Part shown: one piece after another, positions 28,763 to 40,849 of the stretch | How the letters are laid out: each line of letters starts with the position of its first letter | Position numbering within the stretch: the first letter of the stretch is position 1 | Assembly: GCA_002633005.1 (NCBI GenBank) | Contig: NMRA01000875.1 | Span: 47,557-111,556 of the forward strand | DNA from: Phoronis australis | Taxonomy: Eukaryota; Animalia; Phoronida | DNA length: 64,000 bases | Direction: 5' to 3' | Translations under genes and position numbers: made by a program | The notes under the pieces: model-generated | Told to the model about the DNA's origin: nothing | Database searches by the model: none | The model's input: only the letters and a program-made list of their open reading frames with translations

Positions 28763-31329
28763 AAAATCGCCTAACTACACACGCTCGCACCCAGCCTTCA
28801 ATATGGGGGGCTCGAATCCTTAACGTTGTGGACCTTTTTGATAACAAAATAGCCGGCGGACTAAAAAAAAAGAAACGGGCGCACCTCTGTGAATTGCGCG
28901 TTTTGTCTCATTTCCTCGGACTTTTGTTTCTAGCAGCCGCACCTTTTTGCCCACTTCGCCAAATGGGCCCCCCCCCGAGCCCCCCCCCGCTGGGTGCGCG
29001 CATCGCTACAACCGGAGTTACGATAATCTATTCTTTCTCATGTATCAATTCACTCTGGGTTTGACGGTGTTCACACGTGGTCTGTATTAAGCCCTGAGTG
29101 TCATAACGGACAAAAGACTTTGCTTGGAAGTTAACAAAGAAGGTAGATGTTATCACACGGCTAGAACCCCCTAGCTTTGTCTGGTAAAGTCACTGAATGA
29201 GAAAACGCTGTCATGTGAGCGCAGCCGGCCAGTCAGGCAAGATATAATCTTATTGGAGATTAGAGCAATTATCGCCGGCCGCAATAAGGAGAGCTGGCCC
29301 TCCACTTACCATTAGACCGGGATCCCAGAGCTCTTTTGGGCATGAAAAGGTAACCAATTTTCTTTGGTACCACAGTGGTCTATGGTTATTCTCATGCTTG
29401 GAATTGGTTACCTGATGGATTGGTCTAGCTCCACCAGGTATACGTTTGAAATCAATTGCACGGTGTTCAGCACCTGGCACAACGGTAGATGTCAAACAAT
29501 TTCAGCTGTTTGGTGCCCCCGTCAGACAAATTATAATGAGTCGAAATAAAATTGGTTATAAGCCCATTCACACTGAATAAGCATCACCTTGAGGAACCAG
29601 GCACTTTGATTTTTAAGAAAGCCAGTGAGTGCGTACGACATAAGTCACCACAAGAGGTTTTTGTCCGCCAAATTTACGTCATGGCATGAAAACCAGAAAC
29701 ATCGCGCCTGTGGTTGGAGCGACCTCACAAGTCTATGTGACAACAGTGGAATACTCCATACGATTCACTATTAAAAACAAAACCGAAAATCCGTCCGTGA
29801 CGGATGGCACATTGTGTTTGCACGAATTTCGATTTTTCGTTGTCCTTTTTTACCAGTCTAAACAGCGTCATCCCTTCTTCGGACGACTCATTTGATGCAA
29901 CTGCTAAAATGAGGAATAATCGAAATGCCGTCTTTTGCTGTCATCTGCGTTACATATGCGCGCCAGCTTCCTTCATTTCTCACAGTGATTAATGTCAAAT
30001 TTGGGAAAACTGGTCAATTTTGGAAATCTACATCTTTCTCATAAACTGAGCCTACAGAGAACTCCAGAGATGCGTCAAGACCAATAACGTCAGTAGCTAT
30101 ATAACAGTTTCCCCAACAATGTTAGATGTATTTTTTGCCCTGAACCGCCCAAACTACCCCAGATGGGGAACATTGTGCGAATAACGAATCCTGATAGTTT
30201 TTTAGTTTATTTAGATTGACAATCATTTCATTTGCACGACACAGATATGCGGACAATGGAACTGTTCGCTTTTCCTCTTCATAGTGACTACAAAACAAGT
30301 TCAAATTAATTATTCATAGATGTTATATATGGTGCTCAGCCTGGCATCGTGGCGACGTCCCCGGGCATCCACACTGGGGGAGGGTGTATCCAAGCACTAT
30401 GTATAATCTTTTTGGAAATCGTGACTGATTTGCAATTGAATCAAATAATGATTCCAGTTTATCTTTCACCTATTTACTTTTATTATTAATAGTTACAGCC
30501 AGGGTGTTCGGGGCCGGGTTCGTTCGAACCCCTCCCCCGCTGAGAAGGTCCAGCCCTAGCATATTCGTTAACTTGTGGAGAATTTCTCGCTTACACTGGT
30601 AACCGCTCTGCTTCCCTAAGCCCCAGACAACTTTTACGATGCCTATTTAGCACGCCCTTTGTATTGAAGTAGATCTGAGCTACTGAAGTGGAAAGGTAAT
30701 AGCTAGCATTACTGTCTCAACAAACCGGGTTGCTGTTATTACCCCCAATTTGGTTTTGCCTGACATTTGCAGAGTTATAGACTGCAACTCTGGAGAGTAG
30801 TTTTAAGTTGGTACATTATAAATATTACAAAATGATTAAAAAGGTTAACTTGTGTTTATCTTCACAAAGGGCCACTTCCCAAAGGAACGATAAGTTTCAT
30901 ATTGTTATTTTTATTTAAATTTTAATGCTTCTGTTCACTTGTTTTTTTTTTCTTACCGGGAACGGGTTGATAACTTTTTATCTAAGTTTTGAACCTGAAG
31001 TACCAGAACAGTGTTAGATTTGATCGCCAGCTAAACTTAATTAGTTAAGTTCATTGTCAGCATCCTTCCCTTCCCCCTAATTGAGCTGCGTCAACGGCCT
31101 TGCCGAAAACTCTAGTGTCGACGTTTGCAAAATACATGTATTAAAGGTCCAGTGCTCTTGAAATTCGAACCACCCACCACGCACGCTCAATACTGGTTAT
31201 GGGCTTATATGCATTTGAGTTGAGAGAGGCGCCCCTGCATCGACCAAATATCTGCATGTTATTGTCCCACGGCTCAAAATGTCTGTAAAGTATCTTTTGT
31301 TGCATGCAGAATGTTGCTCGACATTATGC

Positions 31330-31755
31330 AAACTATTTCAAACGGTTACCTGGCGGATAAATATGGCCCAACTCAGATTATTTTAGTCATGTGTGGCTGG
31401 GCTAACCCACCTCTAGACTTGTCTCGCAGTGTTTATTCGTGATACATGGGCTTACGTAGTATATTTTCCAACTGGTTTCAGGCAGTTACCTCTTGGATTC
31501 ATTTACCTCAAATTTTAGCCCTTTCTTTAGTCGTCTGGTAGGGGCACCACACCGCTGAAATTGTCTAGCATCTTACTGTTATGCCATGTGCAGTGATGCT
31601 GAGCATCGTGCAATTGGTTTCAAACGGTTACCTAGTGGGTTGATCTAGTTCAATTCAAGTAATTGGGCGTGTCTGGCGGGGTTAACCCAACACTAGATTT
31701 GTCTGGCGGTGTTTATTCGTGATACCTGGGCTTACGGTGAATATTTTGCAACTGG
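31330..31755. repeat. Degenerate tandem-unit repeat (~280-bp period); related pieces at about 32150-32330 and, inverted, at about 29330-29530
   Basis: ttcaaacggttacct...taaccca..ctaga.ttgtct.gc.gtgtttattcgtgatac.tgggcttacg recurs at about 31337 and about 31619. Confidence 0.65.
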
Positions 31756-31756
31756 N

Positions 31757-31868
31757 AACGGTCTATCCTATATATATATAGGGTATACCACTGGCGTCAT
31801 TCGTTTGAGTGGTCTATCCTATATATATGTAGGATAGACCACTCAAACGAATGACGTCAGTGGTCTAT

Positions 31869-31918
<50 letters not shown>

Positions 31919-32030
31919 ATAGACCACTGACGTCATTCGTTTGAGTGGTCTATCCTACATATATATAGGATAGACCACTCAAACGAATGACGCCAGTGGT
32001 ATACCCTATATATATATAGGATAGACCGTT
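31757..32030. repeat. Perfect 274-bp palindrome with nested hairpins, centred on (TA)23
   Basis: AACGGTCTATCC... is the reverse complement of ...GGATAGACCGTT; centre at 31893/31894; N at 31756. Confidence 0.9.
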
Positions 32031-33527
32031 TAATAAATTTGCAAGTGTGGCATTGTCTGGGTAATACCTTATTAAGTATTCAAGTTAAGTCCTTTTTTCG
32101 AAGCTCATTTATTTGAGAAAAGCTCATTTCAAATGAGAAGGTGTTTGGTGTCATGTGGTTGCCTCTTGGACTGATCTAGCTCAATTTTTACCTTGTTTAC
32201 AACCGTCTGGCTGATACACCCCACCCCTGAAATTGTCTGGCAGCGAAAAATTTTGATACAGTGGATTAGGTAGTAGGTATCCAAGGCAGTTTGAAGTGGT
32301 TACCAGAAAAGTTGATCTAAGTCAATTTTTGAGTGCCGGCTCTTGGCTCCCTTGACCAGGGGAAACTGTCAAGGTACAGCGTGTTTTTGCTTGGTTGTGT
32401 CAATAAGAATTAATCTACATGTATGTCCTAACTATGCTGATGTATAACAGGAACTAAACCACAATGCTAATTGAACACCATCTGCGCTAAACAAAGTACA
32501 GTTGTACTCAACTGACAACTTGTAAATGTGAAAACAAGTCTCAGGGCAAATAATTAAGTGCCCCTTCCACTAATGACGTACCTTGGGGGCTCACATAGCT
32601 GGCATCATGCAGTGTTATTCCAGAACACCACGTCACAATACTTACTAGACACGGTTGAGTGATTTACAAACCTCGTTCTTAAAAACATTTGGCAATTTTC
32701 AATCTATTTCATATTTACATCGTATGTAGCGTTTATAACTAATTTGACAAATTGTAAACAATCACCGAGATAAGGAATTACTATCACTTTAAATATTTTG
32801 TACTCTGTAAAATTAAGTGTCGCAGTAGGTTTTCTCAAAAACTGATAAGTGGGTGACAGTTATTAATTACATCCAAACCATCTCCCAGACGTGTTATTTT
32901 TTCGAAAATAAATTTAAAAGTTCTATTTATTCATCGTAGTTACAAATATGGGTGTAGAATTTTCTATAATGGGTGATAATTAAGCGTGACTTGCGCGAAG
33001 TTAAACAAAATAACACGATTTTTTCTCAGACAAGAGGGGTAGAGAGTAGAGGGTGTAAAGGGCTCGTTGTCTAACAAATCAAGTGTAGACTGTTCGCAGA
33101 TTTATTGCTTTTTAATGCACCAATAGTTACATCAGTCGTAAAACTTACTTTCAGCCCTAAACAAATGATTCATAGTCACGGTCTACTAGTGGCACTATCA
33201 CTAGACCAGACTCACAACGAGGTCCGAAGAGGTATACAGTGAGGGTTCAAAGCCTACATCAGAAGATATTTTTATGATTTTCTAAATATGTAAAAACATA
33301 AATAAATATTAGAAACTGCATTTTCACTGACTATTTCATATGACTGAGCAAATATTTTGAGGGTAAGGCACTGCGATCTATTCTGGAGTTCTAGTTTAGG
33401 TAATGACTTGTATTTTTGTTCAATATATAGACTTGCAAATAATCATTTGATTCATCATCGGAGAATCGCCGAAAACACAAACTAAGTACATCATTTCAGT
33501 GAGGAATTCACCTATTTAAATAATCTT

Positions 33528-33810
33528 CAGTGGCGGANNNNNNNGGGGGGGGGGGGTTGTAAGGGGGCCATGACCCCCCTAAAATTCTACCAAATCCCCT
33601 TTGTGAGTTCGGGTGCGAATTGCTGACTAGCACATGCGCGCAACCCCTTTCACCGTTTTTTTTTCTTTTTTTTTAGTCAAAAGGTCCGCAAACCCAAGAC
33701 TTCGAGACCCCTGCATCCCCAGATTTTAGGCTGGGCGCGCGCACCTGCCGGAATACTGCTTATTCCTGTGCCCTGGCCTCCTTTACCTCAAAATCCTGCA
33801 TCCGCCCCTG
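33528..33810. mobile_element. GC-rich MITE with CAG termini and a 5-bp TSD; a related element lies at about 25862-26180
   Basis: CAGTGGCGGA...TCCGCCCCTG; ATCTT on both flanks; short N run inside. Confidence 0.65.
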
Positions 33811-34850
33811 ATCTTAAAGCAAGCATATATAAAAGCTTGAAAATCTTGCACAGTTATTGTGTTTCATCATTGCTCAATGGTGCAATCATAGATCTTAGGC
33901 AATACATATAGATTCGAAATGAGACACTTTTATATGAAATTCCCAGAAGGGGCGCCACTTTCCGGAGTGGCGGATTTTGACGTTACCACGTCTGGCAGGC
34001 CCGTTCAGTGGGATTTCTAAAACGGTGGACCTTTGTTCGTTTGCAAAGTTCAACACAGTAGAGATTTTAGTAAGGCCCTTGGCGCAGTCTAATTAGGGGG
34101 GAGGGAAATCTGTACACACGTCGATGACTCTCAGCTCTATGTTCCTGAGATTGATGAGACGGGAATTAGGATGCCGTGACAGTTACTCATAATGGGACAC
34201 AAATTCGGATACTTATGTGATGTGGTCCAGAAAGAGAACGTTCTCGCGTTACCTTCCACCAAACTTTCAAATCAGCCATGCTTAAATGATTGAGTACACC
34301 TCATTACATACTCAGACGGAATGTGTTTGTCTGAGAATGACTTGACGAATTTTCTTATCTGGTTGCATTTTTGCGTGTTAGCCTACTTACATCGCTGGAA
34401 ATGGGAACAGCCCCACTATTCTGAAGTTTCATTACTCCGAAGGTTTACTACTCCGAAAATATTTAAAATTTCGAACTCGGGTTTAATTTTTATACTTTTG
34501 CGTGCAAAAATGAACGATACTTCGGTTATTAGAGTGCACTGAGTGGTGTACCTACACCGAAAACAACGTCCGAGTACTATTGATTTCATGCGCGTGCGAG
34601 ATTGTCCGCATGTCTTACGAATACGGAAAAAATGAGAACGTTCCTGCATATTAAAAGGAATACCAAACCAAGTTTTGGCCTATTGACGGATACTTAAAAT
34701 GACTTTCCCATCCAGTTCTCTGAAATAAAATAATCGGGTCTGCAACCCCTGACAACCCCAAAGGTTTACTGAAAAATTTGAAAACTCCTTTCAAAGTTTG
34801 CCAAACGCGTAAGCGCCGGCCGGGTGACTTGCGCTTTTATGGAATTAGGC

Positions 34851-35060
34851 TACACTGCAACTGTGAGAAAAGACCATCCACCAAGAAGGACCATAATGTC
34901 CAAATTGTGGCATGTGGTATGTGAATTTTTAACTGGTTCCTTCCTTCATACTAAACCATGCAATCCTCGTTAGCTCTCATCACCAAGAATTGATACCGAC
35001 TATCTCACGAATTGGACAGTATGGTCCTTGGTGGGTGGTCTTTCCCACACATGCCGTGTA
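34851..35060. mobile_element. Small inverted-repeat element (MITE-like)
   Basis: TACACTGCAACTGTGAGAAAAGACCATCCACCAAGAAGGACCATAATGTCCAAATT is inverted against AATTGGACAGTATGGTCCTTGGTGGGTGGTCTTTCCCACACATGCCGTGTA. Confidence 0.6.
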
Positions 35061-35823
35061 CTGACTCGCTAAATGCGGGAATCACCGTACGCTTGCCCCT
35101 TTAGCAGCGTGAAGGGCGAAAAGACTCGCTTTCACTATTTTTCCTGAAAACTTTTGCAGGTCTACGATTTAATTCGTACTAGATCTCGGCAAAATGCAGT
35201 TTTAGCAGCGTGTGTTTGTATAAACTCTGATTTTCACAGTTAACTGTTTTCATTTATGTTGTTTAACATACATTACGTTATCAATAAATAACTGGTGAAC
35301 AAAGTGGCTTCACACTCGCCGCCTGTCAGACGGTGTGAAGCCGTGAACCCGCCGGGCCGCGCCGCCTGAGCCACGGCACGGAAAAAAGTGTGGGGGGACA
35401 AATCCCCCTCAGCCCCCATGGTGCACCATCTATTGAGCATGTGCGCCCTGGCACTGAAAAAAGTGAGGGACTATGATAGCCCCTGGCAGCCTCCTACTGG
35501 TGCGCCGCCATGGGAGCGCTATCACGGTATCTGCTCCGAATTTGCCACACCGGTTTTGTTCAATTCTGTACAATGAAACCACGTTTTATGGACGGCGAAG
35601 CCTGATGATTGACGCAGATTATGTATATATCCCCGATGTACTGAGTAGACGCAGATTAAATGTATATACCCCCGATGCAGTCACTGTGCGTTACCGCCGG
35701 TTAACCACTGCCAGTTTCCCAGTGCTCACATTTTCATACAGGTAGCGCTGTGACAATTCCCCTCTGACACAGCGCCACCTATACTGCAAAGTTTAGCACT
35801 GTTGATCTACATCCGGTTAAATC

Positions 35824-35900
35824 AAAGCGCATGCGTAAGCTTGGCCGTGTCGTGGCGATTTGCAAACAAGTGTCAAAGTTTTCTGTGATTCCAGGTAAAG
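35824..35900 (+). promoter_or_regulatory. Probable GMPPB promoter and non-coding first exon (NRF1-like motif, donor CAG|GTAAAG at 35894/35895)
   Basis: The GMPPB ATG is preceded 3 nt upstream by a pyrimidine tract plus CAG acceptor (42839-41), which implies an upstream exon. This CpG-rich block has AAAGCGCATGCGT followed by a good donor site. Confidence 0.45.
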
Positions 35901-36243
35901 TTGTTAATATTGCATGTATTTAATTGTTGACTGTCCACTAAAATTAAGTCAACATATATCACCTGAGATTGAGGTTCCAAGGTGTCAAAGTTAAGTATTT
36001 TTTATTCAATTTCTAGTCTAACACATGACAAAAATAGTCACATAGTCAAGATAGAGAGCTATGGACTAAGTCTGAAAGACTAAGTCTAAACTAGTCTATA
36101 GAGACAGAGTAGAGAGATAGAGCAGAACTTTGCCTAAACGTCGAATTGGGTCTGATTTCTATTCAGAATGTCCGATTTATTTGCTGATTCATTTCTTGAA
36201 ATACTGTAGAGAGAATTTGCTTCAGTGTTCATCGAAAAGCTAC

Positions 36244-36782
36244 TGTTGTAGATGTGCTTCCGGTGAATTATATGAGCGTCTGTTAGCTACTCGCTAACGG
36301 GCAATTGCCTATTAGCTGAATGGTTAACACGCTTGCCGGTTTTATGGGGGTCGGGGGTTCGATTGCCGAGTCGGGTGATCTCGGCTATTACTACAAATGG
36401 CGTAGTCGGCAAACGGATGATCTACCGATGAAGCACTGCCAACTAGTACCCACGGATCTTGGGACGGCGCATGTGGAAGGTTCCAGGAGTCAAGGACCTG
36501 TATGAGAGACTACCTTGTGTTCACCTGTGTTGTGGTGGTAAAGGTACCAAGGGACGTTGATGACCTGTATGCGAGACATCCTGGTGTTCACCTCCCTGGT
36601 CGCGTGCCCGTTCCGTAGGGAAGGGGGGAATGTTGTAGATGTGCTTCTGGTGAATTATATGAGCCTCTGTTAGCTACTCGCTAACGGGCAATTGCCTATT
36701 AGCTGAATGGTTAGCACGCTTGCCGGTTTTATGGGGGTCGCGGGTTCGATTCCCGAGTCGGGTGATCTCGGCTATTACTACA
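36244..36782 (+). mobile_element. TRIM (miniature non-autonomous LTR retrotransposon) with a tRNA-like sequence in each LTR (Helenus-type)
   Basis: 152-bp LTRs at 36244-36395 and 36631-36782 (TG...CA, 5 mismatches). PBS TGGCGTAGTCGGCA at 36398 is complementary to the tRNA-Ser 3' end. PPT AGGGAAGGGGGGAA abuts the 3' LTR. Flanks CTAC/CTAT. A-box TAGCTGAATGG and B-box GGTTCGATTCC lie within the LTR. Confidence 0.9.
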
Positions 36783-37059
36783 CTATACTGTAACTCGATT
36801 GTAAGTGCTGTATTAATTTTAGCGTCCATCCGACTGTTGCTTCACAGCAAGACATGCTTTCAAATACGACAACGGAGCATACCCTAGATGCGAGTGTAAT
36901 AATGTGCTGTGCTCAGCTTGGTGATATCTCGTGAAGTCTTGCATCATCTTGTTTTTTTGCATAAATTATTGACTAAGCACTATACACATCTTATCAGTTT
37001 TGAGTGTCCAGGAATTACTGTCGTCGCTTTGCAGTGGTGGCTGGGAGCATCATATTGGT

Positions 37060-37750
37060 CACAGGCGTCCTCAGCTTCTGATCGTCCCCAATAGTCAATA
37101 CAAGTAGGTATGACACTCTGGAGTAGAATTTCCACGGGTGCTTCACTTCAGACGTTCACAACAAACATAAAACTCAATAAATTTACACAAAACAGAGGTT
37201 CAACAAACCATGAAGAATTGTTCTTTCACCCAATACCATTTACGGTGTCCTGCTCCACCAAGTTCGCAAGAAATTCGAGGTCAAAGCACAAAAATCTTCC
37301 CAAAAAGCTAGTCCAGAGCAACTCCTTGGTCCCACATGTAGGGTACGGAATTATCCGATGAGTTACGGATGAACGGCAATTGCCGAGTAATCGATGCCGT
37401 GACTTTCCGTGATGAATCGGCAATTGCCATACATCCATAACTCATCGGATAATTCCGTACCCTGCACGTGGGACCAAGGAGTTGCTCCGGACTAGCTTTT
37501 TGGGAAGATTTTTGTGCTTTGACCGCGAATTTCTTGCGAACTTGGTGGAGCAGGACACCGTAAATGGTATTGGGAGAAAGAACTATTCTTCTTGGTTTGT
37601 GGAACCTCTGTTTTGTGTAAATTTATTGAGTTTTATGTTTGCTATGGATGGCCGAAGTGAAGTACCCGTCGAATTTCTAGTTCGGAGTGTCATACCTTGT
37701 AGTATTATATATAGTGTATTGGGGACGATCAGAAGCTGAGGACGCCTGTG
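37060..37750. mobile_element. Fold-back MITE (~690 bp, almost entirely one inverted repeat); a partial end copy lies at about 26975-27063
   Basis: CACAGGCGTCCTCAGCTTCTGATCGTCCCCAATA...TATTGGGGACGATCAGAAGCTGAGGACGCCTGTG; the arms pair over about 320 bp; flanks ATATTGGT/ATATTGGA. Confidence 0.85.
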
Positions 37751-38624
37751 ATATTGGAAGCGTTTCCTCCTGTGCATTTTCGCTTTCACGGTGAATGGCA
37801 TGGACTAAACCACGAGAGATACATACAGCTGGATAAAGCGCACAATGTTGTGTAATTAGAAAAAAAATTAGTGAAAATATGTTGGTGGTGCTTATCTCGT
37901 TTGTTTTGACTTCCACACAGTTAATTGTATTATTTACTGATGCTCATGAAAATTCAGATATCATTTAACTGAGTGAGTTGTACCGGGGTTTCATTTCGAG
38001 TATCCGTTGGAAACCAGACAAACTTCAAAATGTCATTATTTCTCCATTCCAATTAGCTGCTGATACCTTGCTTTTTATTTGTCGAGAAGCAGAAAAAATA
38101 AGCTACTAGTCCACTAGTATGTTGGCTATAACATTTAGTTATGACCCGTGTTTGGTAAAGCAAATGTCTGATATTTGGCTGTAAAGGTGTGACAATGATA
38201 TACCAATGAGTGCATTGAATGTTTGTAGGGTGAATAACAGTGATATTACAGTATGACAATGGTGATGTTGGCAAATGTGTCCATGTTTGTCGGGTAAATT
38301 GTTCCTGAAAATTTGTCTACTAGCAAAAATATATTTGCCCGACAAGAGTATGTGATGTTGTGTTAGCCAATTAAATTGTGTAGAAGTTTGCCAGTGAATT
38401 GTAAATACCGGTATTTAGTTATTTGACCGACAAGCCACAAAGTTACAAAAATCCACCTTGAATGAGGTTGCTGAAAAATTTGTCACGTAAATTGCATATT
38501 AAATACATCATGTTATTTGACCGACCTGTCAGTTAAATAGCAAAATTGGCTTATTTGGTCAACTTGTCGGCTAAGTACTGTCGGCTGTCTCTCATCCAAC
38601 AAATTTATTCTTCAAAATAACAAT

Positions 38625-40849
38625 TTTTATGCGCCCACATATTTATATGTGGACGCATTATGCCGTCATCTCTGTCCGTCCGTCCGGGCGGCGTCCGTCC
38701 GGCGTCCGCTGCTCTATCTCCAAAACCCTTTGACATACGTTCATGAAATTTGGCACATATGTTCCATGCGTGAATGGGACGGCATGTGCGAACTTTCGGA
38801 CGGATCCGACTACCGGTGTGCCCCCTAGTGGCAATTTTAGTATTTTACGCTTACCTTTGTATCTTCAAAAGTCCTTAACGGATTTTCATGAAATTTGGTA
38901 TGAAGGTGAGATGACGCTGCAAAAGGTACCCGCTCATCCAAAACCTTTACGGCTAACAGATGGCGCTTTTCATCAATCACGTGTCATTTTATCGCTCAAG
39001 TAAGACTGTCTGCCAGAGAATCTTAACCAAGAACCTTGACCTACATTCTGCTGCTGACTGTAACCACAGGTCACGAGAGTTCATGAACCAGACAGTGTGG
39101 AATTTGTGTGGAAAAGAAATCTTTGTGTCCGACATTCCATGTTTAAAACCCCATTTGTAACAACTATTTATAACATATAATTAAGATGAAAGTGTTAATA
39201 ATATACGCTGTTGTGGTTGCTCGGCCTAAACGCTGGGGTAAAATATATATTCAATGAACGTGACCATGGTGAGGCTACTAAACCAGGCCCGGCCACTTTT
39301 TCGCCCGGCGAGATTTTGGCAACTTCACAACCATAATTTTAATTAGGTTGAAACATAACGAATATATTTTTTAAATTATGCTTGAATTATACATGGTGAT
39401 ATACATGTTAGGTTTTATTCTCTGCGATATTTTCTTTTTCGTTCAGTGTCTCGTTAGCCAACAACACTGAGCCCAGCAGACCGGACTGGCTGTGGCACGA
39501 CACGGCAGCTGATGGTTCACCAAGTAGAAACGTCTGTATTTCTGTTCTATCGACACAAGAATGTCACATGACTGTAAGCAGCGCAGCCTGTTAGTAAAGC
39601 ATCATTGCATTCAGCGCCATCTGTTTGCCGTAAAGGTTTTGGATGAGCGGGTACATTTTGCGATGACGCTATCCTGCCGTTTTCAGATGGATTCGACATA
39701 GTTTGCGCCACCTAGTGGCCATTTTTAGTGTTTTCGAGTCTGTTTTTGTGCATCCACCCCTCTATCAACCAAACCGCTCAAAGGATGATTGTGAAAATTA
39801 GCATGTATATGCTTACTATGTAGAGGACGGTTGACGATGATTTTCCGACGATTTCGGCCACTGTGGCGCCTCCTAGTGGCAGTTTTGTTTTTTGCGCCTA
39901 TGGCTGTATCTCCTAAACCGTTCATAGGATCTTTACGAAATTGTGTAAGTATATTTATATGATGTTAACAACAGGAGATGATGACTTTTGGACTGATCCG
40001 ACTACCGGTGTGCCCCCTAGTGGCAATTATATTTTTTTACGTTTACCTCCGTATCTTCACAAGTTCTTAACGGATTTTCATGAAATTTGGTATGTAGGCA
40101 TCTATTAGTGCGATGACGCTATCCTCCCGTTTTCGGATGGAATCGACCTAGTTTACTACACCCAGTGGCCATTTTTACTGTTTTTTAGTCTGTTTTTTGG
40201 CGTCCACCCCTCTATCAACCAAACCGCTATAAGTATGATTGTGAAAATTGGCATGTATGTTCTTACTATGAAGAGGACGGTTGACGCTGAATTTCCCATG
40301 ACTTTGATTACTGTGGCGCCTCCTAGTGGCAGTTTTTTTTGCGCCCATGGCTGTATCTCCCAAACCGTTTGCAGGATCTTTACTAAATGTATTTATGTGA
40401 TGTTGACAACGTACGATGACGACTTTAGAATGATTCTGACTACCGGTATGCCCTAGTGGCAATTTTAGTATTTTACATTGACCTCTGTATTTTCATAGGT
40501 CTTCAGGTGTATACTTTGTGTTACTTCTTGACTATGAAGGAAAAGTTCCAAGTAGAAATTTGTTTCTGGCTTTCTAATGCTGTGCTAATCTCGTATGTTG
40601 GTAAATTCTATGTTTCTGTGGTGCTTTAAGCAACTGTTGTATAGGATGTGCTTGTATTATGAAGATTACTCACATTTTGCCCCTAGCCTATTGAGGAGAC
40701 AATGACCATGCCTTTCCATTTTGCAAAGTACAACATACTACATATATGCCCTCTACTGGCCACTTTATGGTACCAATAAACAACTCTAGAAGGATACCGT
40801 ATGCGGTGCAATTGTGGGCGCATTTCAACGCTCTGCGTTGCTCTTGTTT
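38625..40849 (-). mobile_element. HINE-like element, full-length, reverse orientation, interrupted by a MULE-like MITE
   Basis: Reverse complement of the 11422..12608 / 16967..18248 family, with both termini present (TTTTTATGCGCCCACAT... and ...GCTCTTGTTT). Confidence 0.78.
38919..39661. mobile_element. Mutator-like (MULE) non-autonomous element nested in the HINE
   Basis: ~50-bp TIR GCAAAAGGTACCCGCTCATCCAAAACCTTTACGGCTAACAGATGGCGCT; perfect 9-bp TSD GATGACGCT (38910-18, 39662-70). Confidence 0.85.

Noticed and set aside
34651-34850. TTAA-AAGGAATACC, a possible further Kolobok-like left end
   Set aside because: No matching right terminus or ORF remnant was identified.
36694-36765. Possible functional tRNA gene
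   Set aside because: The acceptor and anticodon stems are poor, there is an internal T4, and it is part of an LTR present twice.
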